A DNA stretch of 64,000 nucleotides from Spirochaetia bacterium. GTDB lineage: Bacteria; Spirochaetota; Spirochaetia; SZUA-6; Bin103. Where the stretch lies: contig CBDBOV010000005.1 of assembly GCA_965208575.1 (NCBI GenBank), positions 928,001 through 992,000 on the forward strand. The letters run 5' to 3'. The notes under the pieces are model-generated. The model made no database searches. It was not told the origin of the DNA and was given only the letters and a program-made list of their open reading frames with translations. The first letter of the stretch is position 1, and the number at the start of each line of letters is the position of its first letter. A program made the position numbers and the translations under genes. This document shows positions 20,698-29,956 of the stretch, piece after piece.

Positions 20698-21511
20698 ACG
20701 TATCTCCTTGTGTCGAGTTTTTTTGACAGTATTGCGGAGCGGATCGCCGCTCCCGGGCTACTATCGAAGCCGCGACGTGGGCTGCCAGGCCGAGACAGAT
20801 TCCTGAAGCGCGCGGCGTGTGACTCAGCGGATTCGCGCCGCGCGCGGGTGTGGTTCTTTGAGTATCTCTCGCGCGTCGCGGGCGCCGGGACAACCGGCAG
20901 TGTGTTCGTTGGCGACCCACAATGTCGCGCAGTCATGCAGCGTAGCCTGCGGAGACGTGGGAGAGAGGAAACCGGGGTAAATGCGGCGCAGCGGCGGGAG
21001 GGCGCATGCAGTGCGTTGGAGCGCGCATTGAAGGAATTTCAAGCGGCGCGACGGGACAAGATGCCGCGGTTTTGAGGCCCGGGATTCAGGACCGTTGCAG
21101 CGACTGGTGAACGAACGGGGACTGAGGCGGCACCACAGGTAGCGTGCCGCACCCCGGATGCTGAAGGCGAATGCCGCACCGCCAGGGCGCTCATACGGAG
21201 CGCCTAATAGTTTATCATATAAAGATTCATGCTCGTAGCGGCGAGGCGGGGCGGCGTCATTGCCGCGCCGTTGGTTGGACAGTCGGTCGTGATGGCGCAT
21301 GATCAGCATCCGTTTAGTCCGTGACTTGCGTATCGTTTCACGCCCGCCCCGAGGTGTCAAGCGCGCGCAGACTCGATTGGACGCGACCAACCGACCGTCG
21401 TCTTCCGTGCCGCGGAGTGACTGTGCCGACCGTGCGACCGTGCCGGCTCCGTTGCGCGTCGCACCCTGGAGACGATAGAGTTGGTGCCGGAGCCTGCCTC
21501 GGGCCATAAGA

Positions 21512-23269
21512 GTGAGCACGCCACCCACGCACCAGCGCATTCCCTACGGCGAGGCCGACTTCAGGCGCATCCGCCTGAACCGGTGGCTGTACGTCGACAA
21601 GACCCGCTTCCTGCGGCGCCTGGAGGAGGAGCGCTACGCCTTCCTGATCCGCCCGCGCCGGTTCGGCAAGTCGCTTTGGGTGTCGCTGCTGGAGAACTAC
21701 TACGACCGCTTCTGGGCGGACGACTTCGAGGCCACCTTCGCCGGCACCGACATCGGGCGGGAGCCGACCGGGGAACAGAGCCGCTACGTCACCCTGCGCT
21801 TCAACTTCTCGGCGGTCAACGACAAGCTGGAAACGCTGGAGCGGGAGTTCGAGACCTACTGCATGATCGAGCTCAGAGGCAGGCTGCGGCGCCATCCCGA
21901 CCTGTTTCCGGAAGCGGCGGTGCGGGACATCCTCGCGCCGGCCTCGATCTCCACCAAGCTGACCGAGCTGTTCCAATACGCGGGCGACCATGACATCTCG
22001 CTGTACGTGCTGATCGACGAGTACGACAACTTCGCCAACACCGTGCTCGCGTACCACGGCGCGGAGGCGTACCACTCGTTCACCCACGGCGGCGGCTTCT
22101 ACCGCAACTTCTTCGCCACCCTGAAGTCCGGCGCCGACCGCAGCGGCGGCGGCCTGGAGCGGCTGTTCATCACCGGCGTGTCGCCGATCACCATGGACGA
22201 CGTCACCAGCGGCTTCAACATCGGCACCAACATCAGCCTGGAGCCCGACTTCAACGAGATGGTCGGCTTCACCGAGGCGGAGGTGCGGCGCCTGGTGGAG
22301 ACCTACCGGAACCTGGGCGTGTTCAACCAGGACCCCGCGACCGCCATGGGCATCATGGGCGAGTGGTACAATGGCTACCGCTTCGCCACAACCGCCGACA
22401 CAGATCTGTACAACTCCGACATGGTGCTCTATTACCTGAAGCACTCGATGCCCAACCGTGACGTGCCGGAGTACCTGATCGACACCAACGTGCGCATCGA
22501 CTACGGCAAGCTGCGCCACCTGCTGGTGACCGGGCGGCAACTCAACGGCAACTTCGACCTGCTGCGCGACGTGATCGGCGAGGAGCAGGTGGACACCCGA
22601 ATCCAGCCCGGCTTTCCGCTCAAGGACCTCACCAAGCGGGAGAACTTCCTGTCCCTGATGCACTACTTCGGGCTGCTGAGCATCCGTGTCGTGCAGGGGG
22701 TGATGCCGCGGCTGGCGATCCCGAATCAGACCGTGAAGCGGCTGATGTATGGCTACCTGCGCGACGCCTACCGCGACGTGGAGGTGTTTTCGGTCGACCT
22801 GTTCCGGTTCGAGCAGTTGATGCTTCGGATGGCGACCGAGGGCGAATGGCGGCCCGTGTTGGAGTTCCTGAGCGAGGCGATCGCGCGGCAGACGGGAATC
22901 CGCGACTACATCGCCGGCGAGAAGGTAATACAGGGCTTTCTGGCGGCCTACCTGAGCGTGGCCGACTACTACGTGTTCCGCTCGGAGGCGGAACTGGGCA
23001 AGGGCCATGCGGACATTGCGCTGGAGCCGCTGGTGGCCCGCTACCCGCAACTGCAACGCGGCTACCTGATCGAGCTGAAGTATCGTGCGCGTTCCGAGTT
23101 GGCGGATCAGGCCGCGGTCACGACGGTGGTCGAGGAGGCGCAGGCGCAGCTCCTGCGGTACTTGGCGGACGAGCGGCTGGCGCGGCAGTTCCCGGGGGTG
23201 CGCTTCACCGGTTTGATCGTGGTGTTCCACGGCTGGGAGCTGGTGCACTGCGACGCCGTGCGGCGGTGA
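21512..23269 (+). CDS. AAA-ATPase-like domain protein with C-terminal PD-(D/E)XK nuclease
   Basis: IPYGEADF..YVDKT, RPRRFGKS, LIDEYD, FITGVSP, WYNGYRF; C-terminal GHADIALEP..LIELKY. Confidence 0.88.
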   Translation: MSTPPTHQRIPYGEADFRRIRLNRWLYVDKTRFLRRLEEERYAFLIRPRRFGKSLWVSLLENYYDRFWADDFEATFAGTDIGREPTGEQSRYVTLRFNFSAVNDKLETLEREFETYCMIELRGRLRRHPDLFPEAAVRDILAPASISTKLTELFQYAGDHDISLYVLIDEYDNFANTVLAYHGAEAYHSFTHGGGFYRNFFATLKSGADRSGGGLERLFITGVSPITMDDVTSGFNIGTNISLEPDFNEMVGFTEAEVRRLVETYRNLGVFNQDPATAMGIMGEWYNGYRFATTADTDLYNSDMVLYYLKHSMPNRDVPEYLIDTNVRIDYGKLRHLLVTGRQLNGNFDLLRDVIGEEQVDTRIQPGFPLKDLTKRENFLSLMHYFGLLSIRVVQGVMPRLAIPNQTVKRLMYGYLRDAYRDVEVFSVDLFRFEQLMLRMATEGEWRPVLEFLSEAIARQTGIRDYIAGEKVIQGFLAAYLSVADYYVFRSEAELGKGHADIALEPLVARYPQLQRGYLIELKYRARSELADQAAVTTVVEEAQAQLLRYLADERLARQFPGVRFTGLIVVFHGWELVHCDAVRR

Positions 23270-23635
23270 CCGCGCCGCCTCGCCCTGCTCGGACTCCGGC
23301 CACTCCCCACCGTTTGTTCACGCGCCGCGCGCGGCTGTCCGCCTCACAACCGGCGGTCAGCGGGCTGCTCCATACCGATGCAGCGCGATGGGCGCCGAGA
23401 CGTCCGCTGCCGCGCAACCGCGGGTCGAGCAGGTCGCGTACGGCGGCACCGCTGGAGAACCCTCGTCAAACATAACCTCCGTATGTTCGAGTATTTGACC
23501 ATCCTTGCACCGCCACGGCACGCTGTCGAACAACGCGGAGGTCAAATCCCATGTGCAGGATCGGGCAACCTGAGTTGGACCGCACTGCCCGCGTAGACGA
23601 CGCGCGGGTCATCGCAAGCGAGGAGGCTACGTCTG

Positions 23636-24829
23636 ATGTATAGGATCGGGAAACCTGAGCTGGACCGCATTGCAGCCGTGTTCGCCGGCGGGAACCTGTT
23701 CCGCTACCTGGCGGAGGGCGGCGGCGAGTGTGCACGGTTCGAGACGCGCTATGCGCGCCGGCTTGGCGTGCGGCATTGCGTGATGACGGCCAGCGGCACC
23801 AGTGCGCTGACCGCGGCGCTGATGGGGGCCGGCGTCGGCCCGGGCGACGAAGTGATCGTGCCGGCGTGCACCTACATGGCCACGCCGATAGCGGTCCTGG
23901 CCGCCGGTGCGATCCCGGTGATCGTCGACATAGACGAGAGCCTCGGCATGAGCCCGGAGGCGCTGCGGGACGGCATCGGAGCGCGCACCCGGGCGGTGAT
24001 CCCGGTGCACATGTGGGGCCTGCCGTGCGATATGGATGCTATCATGGCGGTCGCCGCCGAGCGCGGCCTGCTGGTAATCGAAGACGCCTGCCAGGCGGTC
24101 GGCGGCGCCTACGAGGGCAGAATGCTCGGCTCCATCGGCCACGCCGGCGCGTTCAGCTTCAACTACTACAAGAACATGAGTTGCGGCGAAGGCGGCGCGG
24201 TGGTAACCGGCGACGACTCGTTGGCCGAGCGCATCGGCTGCGCGGTCGATCCGTGCCGGTTCTACTGGGACGGACGCAGCGGCAGCTTCGCCGGCTACGT
24301 GGCAAACGGCGCGCGGGCGTCGGAGATCGAGGGGGCAATCATGAACTGCCAGCTCGACCGCCTGGACGGCATGATCGCCGCCATGCGCGCCCAGAAGCGG
24401 AGGATTGTCCGGGAGACCGCGGCCCGCGGCCTGTCGGCGAACCCGGGCAACAGCCCCGCCTGGGAGTGCGGCAGCCACGCCGCCGTCCTGCTGCCGACGG
24501 CGGCGGCGGCCGATGCGCTGGCGGCAGCGGCCGACGGTTTCGTGGCGCTGAACACCGGGCGTCACGTGTACACCGAATGGGACCCGGTGCTGCAGCACCG
24601 CGGCGCCCACCACCAGGCGCTGAACCCCTTCGAGCTGGAGCAGAACCGCGGCTGCCGCATGCACTACTCGAAGGAGATGTGCCGCCGCTCGCTGGACATC
24701 CTCGCCAGGACCGTGCTCATCCGCACCCATCCGGACTACTCGGACGACGAGGTAGCCCACCTCATCGCCCGGATCACCGCCGCCACGGACGCGCTGACCA
24801 CCGACCCCGCCGCCCTCCGGGTCCGGTAG
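23636..24829 (+). CDS. DegT/DnrJ/EryC1/StrS PLP-dependent aminotransferase
   Basis: SGTSAL, GPGDEVIVP, PVHMWG, IEDACQA, FSFNYYKNMSCGEGG. Confidence 0.9.
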   Translation: MYRIGKPELDRIAAVFAGGNLFRYLAEGGGECARFETRYARRLGVRHCVMTASGTSALTAALMGAGVGPGDEVIVPACTYMATPIAVLAAGAIPVIVDIDESLGMSPEALRDGIGARTRAVIPVHMWGLPCDMDAIMAVAAERGLLVIEDACQAVGGAYEGRMLGSIGHAGAFSFNYYKNMSCGEGGAVVTGDDSLAERIGCAVDPCRFYWDGRSGSFAGYVANGARASEIEGAIMNCQLDRLDGMIAAMRAQKRRIVRETAARGLSANPGNSPAWECGSHAAVLLPTAAAADALAAAADGFVALNTGRHVYTEWDPVLQHRGAHHQALNPFELEQNRGCRMHYSKEMCRRSLDILARTVLIRTHPDYSDDEVAHLIARITAATDALTTDPAALRVR

Positions 24830-24849
24830 AAGTACTTGGGAGAATATAC

Positions 24850-25143
24850 ATGTCTGCTTATCAGTTTATTTTGCTTGTAGAGGGCCCGGATCTGCAGACC
24901 GACCATGGGATTGACGCTCTGTATGAAGCGGGTTGCAACGATGCTCTCGTCGGTCGCACCGACGGGATGCAGTACCTTGACTTCGACCGGGAGGCGCCGA
25001 ATCCGGCGACGGCAATTGCGTCCGCGATTGCGAACGTCGAGCGCCTCCCGGACGTCGCGGTGATCCGGCTCGCTGGCGGCGGGGTTGTTTCCATGGTTGA
25101 CGGATCCCAACTGGGGGAGAGGTTCGATGACCGGTCCACATAG
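24850..25143 (+). CDS. Small protein resembling the N-terminal domain of antitoxin-like DNA-binding proteins, apparently truncated
   Basis: YQFILLV..DALYEAGCNDALVG..LDFDREA..AIASAIANVE; ends where an HTH would begin and overlaps the zwf start. Confidence 0.5.
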   Translation: MSAYQFILLVEGPDLQTDHGIDALYEAGCNDALVGRTDGMQYLDFDREAPNPATAIASAIANVERLPDVAVIRLAGGGVVSMVDGSQLGERFDDRST

Positions 25144-26755
25144 TGCCGGCGCATCCGGGGCGGCGCATGCGGGAGCGGAAAGGGTGGCGCCGTGCACGAT
25201 GGTGATTTTCGGGGCGTCGGGAGACCTCACGGCGCGCAAGCTGATTCCGGGACTGTACGAGCTGTACGGCCGAGGGCTGCTGCCCGACCGGTTTGCGGTA
25301 TTGGGTGCCGGGCGCACGGGGATGAGCGACGAACAATTCCGGACCGTGATGGCGGCGGCGCTGGCGGATGACACGGGCGACCGGTCACGGCAGGACCGCG
25401 ACCGCTTTCTCGGCGCGCTGTACTACCAGCAGCTCGATCCCGCGGTTGCGGCGGAATACGGGAAGCTGGCTGAGCGGCTGAGCGCGGTTGCGGCAGGCGC
25501 CGGGACCGGGGACAACGTGCTCTACTACCTGGCGACGCCGCCAAGCAGCTTCGAACCGATCGCCGGGGGGCTGGCGGCGGCGGGCCTGGCGGAGGAGCGC
25601 GGCGGCGCATGGCGCCGGCTGATCGTCGAGAAGCCGTTCGGCTACGATTTGCAGTCGGCGCGGAAGCTCAACGAGCGGCTGCACGCCTGGTTCGGCGAGC
25701 GGCAGATCTACCGCATCGACCACTACCTGGGCAAGGAGACGGTGCAGAACGTGCTGGTGCTGCGCTTCGCCAACGAGGTGTGGGAGCCGCTGTGGACGCG
25801 CGCCACCATCGACCGGGTGGAGATCACCGCCGCCGAGCAGGTGGGGGTAGAGGGCCGCGGCGGCTACTACGATGACTCGGGCGCGCTGCGCGACATGTTC
25901 CAGAACCACCTGCTGCAGGTGGTGGGCATGATCGCCATGGAACCGCCGGCGCATTTCCGGCCGAGCGCGGTGCGCAACGAGACCGTAAAGGTGTTCGACT
26001 CGCTGCGTCCCATCGCGCCGGCGCGGGTCGCCGAGGACGTGGTGCGTGCCCAGTACACCGGCTCGCTGACCGCCGAGGGCGCCATGGCCGGATACCGCGA
26101 GGAGCCGGGGGTGCCGGTCGGATCGCGCACCGAGACCTACGTCGCCCTGCGCTTCCACATCGACAACCGCCGCTGGGCGGGGGTGCCGTTCCTGGTGCGC
26201 ACCGGCAAGCGCCTGCCGGCGCGCGTCACCGAGGTGGTGATCCACTTCAAGCAGGTGCCGCACCACCTGTTCGGCACGCCGCCGGCGGACCTGACCTCCG
26301 GCGCTCCCCACTTCGGCGCCGCCGGGCACGCGGTGTCGGCGGCGGCGGCGGAGGCGAGCAAGCTGATCATCCGCATCCAGCCGGACGAGGCGATCCAGCT
26401 TCGCTGCAACGTGAAGCTGCCGGGTGCCGGCTTCGAGGTGCAGCAGGTGGGCATGGACTTCCGCTACGCCGACTTGGCCGACACCTACCTGCCGGACGCC
26501 TACGAACGGCTGCTCCTGGATGGCATCACCGGCGACGCCACCTTGTACGCGCGCGCCGACGCCATCGAGTCGTGCTGGGAGTTCGTGCAGCCGGTGCTGC
26601 AGGCGTGGCGCGAACAGCCGGGCATCCCGCTGCACGGCTACCCGGCGGGGAGCTGGGGGCCGGCCGCCGCCGCCAGCCTGTTCCGCCGCCCCGGTTACGG
26701 CTGGCGCACCCCGGCGCCGTCCCTGGTCGACGCCGGCGGACGGATGGCGCTATAG
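25127..26755 (+). CDS. zwf: Glucose-6-phosphate 1-dehydrogenase
   Basis: IFGASGDLTARKL, IVEKPFG, YRIDHYLGKETVQN, DMFQNHLLQ, AYERLL. Confidence 0.95.
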   Translation: MTGPHSAGASGAAHAGAERVAPCTMVIFGASGDLTARKLIPGLYELYGRGLLPDRFAVLGAGRTGMSDEQFRTVMAAALADDTGDRSRQDRDRFLGALYYQQLDPAVAAEYGKLAERLSAVAAGAGTGDNVLYYLATPPSSFEPIAGGLAAAGLAEERGGAWRRLIVEKPFGYDLQSARKLNERLHAWFGERQIYRIDHYLGKETVQNVLVLRFANEVWEPLWTRATIDRVEITAAEQVGVEGRGGYYDDSGALRDMFQNHLLQVVGMIAMEPPAHFRPSAVRNETVKVFDSLRPIAPARVAEDVVRAQYTGSLTAEGAMAGYREEPGVPVGSRTETYVALRFHIDNRRWAGVPFLVRTGKRLPARVTEVVIHFKQVPHHLFGTPPADLTSGAPHFGAAGHAVSAAAAEASKLIIRIQPDEAIQLRCNVKLPGAGFEVQQVGMDFRYADLADTYLPDAYERLLLDGITGDATLYARADAIESCWEFVQPVLQAWREQPGIPLHGYPAGSWGPAAAASLFRRPGYGWRTPAPSLVDAGGRMAL

Positions 26756-27059
26756 CAGCCCGTGGCGAAGCTCCGGCTGCATTCGAGCAGCGATCCACCC
26801 CGGGTGCCTGCGTTGCTCTTCGCTCACGCATGCCCGGAAATGCGATCTCCCGGGACGGCAGCGCGGGCGCGAGACTGGCCGAGGAGTCTGTCGGCGGGTG
26901 GCAACGCCACGGCGGCGCGCCGTTGGGCGGCGGTCCCACCTCGCTGCCGCCGCCGCCACGCGGGCGTGCCGGGTGCCGAGGACCGCGCTCGTCGCGTTCG
27001 CGGGCGTTCGGCGACTGCGCGGCGTCTGCTCAGGGAGCGCGGGCCTTGTTGCGCCACGA

Positions 27060-29456
27060 TTATCCGCGGCGTTCCGGGGGAGGTTGCTCGAGCGCCGCGC
27101 GGTCGGCGCGCTGCAGCCAGATTTCGCTGACCTGGGCGCCGCGGCCGGGGCCGCCGCTCTGTTCGTGGTACACCTGCAGCGTCACCGAACCGTCCGCGGC
27201 GGCGCCGGCCGGCAGATCGAAGCTCAGCGGCCCGCGCGGGTGCGGCTTGCCGATCCAGCCATGCACCTCGTGCACGGCGCCGCCGGTGGCGACCGCATCC
27301 ATGCGGACGCGGGGATGCGCGCCGCCCCAGCGCCGCTCGCCGCCGTACACCACCACGACGCGCCAGCGGGCTGCAGGATCGAGACCCTCGTAGCGCAGTT
27401 GCAGGGGGCCGTGGCCGATCGACTCGGCCTGGCTGAGCCAGGCGTACGGGACCGCCTCGGCGGGGTAGGGGATCGACAACCCGCGCAACGGAGAATCCAG
27501 GAAGGACGGGTCTCCCGGGAAGCCGGCGCCAGGCACCAGGTGCGGTTGCTGCGCCGCGTCGCCGAGGTTGTCGTAGCGCCCGCCCGGACCGGGGTCGGTG
27601 CGGCGCAGTACGCATTCGACAGCATCCAGCCGCTCCCGCTCGGTAGCGAGGCGCGCGATTTCGGAGCAGCGTTCGTGCAGCCACAGGCGGTCGCCGAGCG
27701 GGTACTCCAGTCCGTCCAGGCTGGCGCCGCGGCGCACCGCCTGGGCCCCGTAGCGCGGCACCGAGAGCTGCACGTGAATGCTCTGAAACAGCGCCTCGGC
27801 GAGGGCGTAGGCGCGGGCGCGGAGTTCTCCCTGGCGCGCCTCGGCCGCCGCCTGGTCGACGATGGCCAGCGCGCGCCGGCACGCCTCCCGCGCGCCGATG
27901 TCGGGCGCGCGGCGCAGCTCGCCGAGGGCGCGGCTGCCGGCGGCGGTCTCGACAAGCAGCCGCTCGCGGATGTAGGCGTCGGAATAGGCGCGGTACAGCA
28001 ACTGCTGAAGGCGCCAGCTCTTCAGCACGCGCGGTGGCGCCGCGCGCTCCAGCGCCTGCATGCGCAGCAGGGTCGTGTTCACCGACCCGTTGGCGAGCAG
28101 CGGGCCGCGCCAGTTCTGCTCCAGCCCGACGATCGCCGCCGCCACGCCATCGGCGAGGTCGGGATGGACGAACAGGCGGCCGTACTGCCGCAACACCGCG
28201 TCCAGGTCGGCCGCGGGGTCCCACAGGAGGGCGCTCCACACCACCTTGTTGAGGTCGTCGTTGTTGCCCTCGCAGTAGGTGAGGGCGCCGATGGAGTGCG
28301 GCGCGGTGAGCGCGAAGATGCGCGCCTGGTCGGCGGGGCGCGGGTTGATCGGCTCGCGGCCCTGGCAGGCGGCCAGCGCCGGGTCCCAGTCCGGCACCGG
28401 GTACTGGCATGACCAGCAGTGGGTGATGTCGGGGTACAGGCGGATCGGGTAGCGCGCCGGCACGCGGGCGCGGAACGCCTCCGCCGTGAGGTGAATCCAC
28501 GGCCCGAAGATCACCCCGTCCAGCCAGTCGACCCCGCTCGCCAGCGCCGCGTAGAAGTGCGCCTCGTCGGCGCCGTGAAACCCCTGCGGGGCGATCCACA
28601 TCTGCGCGTCCGGATGGACCTCGCGCAGCGACTCCTTCTGCCGTTCGGCCAGCGCCAGCAGCAGGTGCGCCGGCGTCGAGCCCGGATCGCCGCCCGGGAT
28701 GAACACGGCGTCGATGCGCGCCATCGCCTCGAACACCGCGCGCCAGTCCGCGAGCGCGCGCCGCACGGTCGCTTCGTCGCCGTAGTCGGTCTCCAGGGCC
28801 GGGAACCAGACCCACAGGTCGATGTCGTAGCGGTCGGCGATGGCGGACACCTCGCACAGCATGTCGATCGGCGGCAGCGGGAAGTGGTCGGAGTCGGCCT
28901 CGTCGTCGGACACCGGCGGAATCACCTCGACGGCGTTGGCGCCGAACATCGTCAGTTCGCGGATGTACTGTTCCCACTCGGCCACCGTCCAGCCGACGTA
29001 GGAGTTGGTCTTGGCGCGGTAGCCGACCTGGTGGCCGCGCAGCGGGTAGTGCGGTGCCGACCGCACCGGTCCGGCGGCCAGCAGCGCTTCGGGCAGCACG
29101 ACCGCGTTGCGGCGTACCTCCAGGTGGCGCAGCAGCCAGCCCACCCCGTACAGCACGCCGCGGGCATCGTTCCCGGTAACGGTGAGGCCGTCGCCGTCGC
29201 GCTCGACGCGGAACCCGTCCGGACGCGCCGCGAACTCGGCGGCGCGCAACGATTTCGCCTCCTCGGTCGACCAGCGCGTGCCGCGGCGCACCGCCGTGCC
29301 GGCGGCGCGCAGCGTGATCACCGGGCCTTCCGCGTCCGCCGCCGGCCACACCCGCTGCGCGCGGCGCGCCACCTCCTCGGCCAGCACGGCGCGCGCCTGC
29401 CGGCAGCGCGGGGATTCGTCCGCATCCAGTTCGATTCGTGCGTCAGTCAGGTCCAT
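27060..29456 (-). CDS. Hypothetical glycoside-hydrolase-like protein
   Basis: PDGFRVER..VTGNDARGVLYGVGWLLR resembles the N-terminal domain of GH20/GH67-type enzymes, followed by RGHQ..NSY and a barrel-like region. Confidence 0.5.
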   Translation of the reverse strand: MDLTDARIELDADESPRCRQARAVLAEEVARRAQRVWPAADAEGPVITLRAAGTAVRRGTRWSTEEAKSLRAAEFAARPDGFRVERDGDGLTVTGNDARGVLYGVGWLLRHLEVRRNAVVLPEALLAAGPVRSAPHYPLRGHQVGYRAKTNSYVGWTVAEWEQYIRELTMFGANAVEVIPPVSDDEADSDHFPLPPIDMLCEVSAIADRYDIDLWVWFPALETDYGDEATVRRALADWRAVFEAMARIDAVFIPGGDPGSTPAHLLLALAERQKESLREVHPDAQMWIAPQGFHGADEAHFYAALASGVDWLDGVIFGPWIHLTAEAFRARVPARYPIRLYPDITHCWSCQYPVPDWDPALAACQGREPINPRPADQARIFALTAPHSIGALTYCEGNNDDLNKVVWSALLWDPAADLDAVLRQYGRLFVHPDLADGVAAAIVGLEQNWRGPLLANGSVNTTLLRMQALERAAPPRVLKSWRLQQLLYRAYSDAYIRERLLVETAAGSRALGELRRAPDIGAREACRRALAIVDQAAAEARQGELRARAYALAEALFQSIHVQLSVPRYGAQAVRRGASLDGLEYPLGDRLWLHERCSEIARLATERERLDAVECVLRRTDPGPGGRYDNLGDAAQQPHLVPGAGFPGDPSFLDSPLRGLSIPYPAEAVPYAWLSQAESIGHGPLQLRYEGLDPAARWRVVVVYGGERRWGGAHPRVRMDAVATGGAVHEVHGWIGKPHPRGPLSFDLPAGAAADGSVTLQVYHEQSGGPGRGAQVSEIWLQRADRAALEQPPPERRG

Positions 29457-29956
29457 TCGTCGCTCCCGGGCACACCCAACCACGGCGGGCGCCGGTTCGT
29501 CGAGCCGCCGGCTGCCACCGACCAGGTTGCCGCAGGTGTGCTCCGTTCCGACGCTGTCGGGCCGCCTGACGGCAGGCAGGGCACGGGTGGCGAATGCCCG
29601 GTGCCGCGCACAGCGCCGCTCTCGCCGTCGCCGGCGATGCTCGCGGCGTGCCGGGTCGCCGTGCGCACGCGTCCGGCCGCAATCCGGTGCCGCGCGGGCG
29701 GCGATGCTACGGGCGCCGCGGCGTGGGCGAGTCTCGCGGTATCAGCGCTGCCGCCGCGCGCCGTGTCGGCCGCGCGTGGCGCGGTGCAGGGCAAAGGACG
29801 CCGGCCCCGCCCGGCCGTCGCGGCATCGTCGGCCGGGACTCGAACCGACGACGAACCGGCGGCGGCCCGCCCGCGCCCGCGGTACCGCATACGCGCGGTG
29901 CGGGAGACACCACGCGCGCGGCGCGGGAACGAGCGCCGCGGCTGGCCGGTCGGCGG

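Noticed and set aside
29480-29950. Long GC-rich intergenic stretch as ncRNA or small gene (also 26760-27055 and 35535-35810)
   Set aside because: No recognisable RNA motif, repeat or protein-like ORF.
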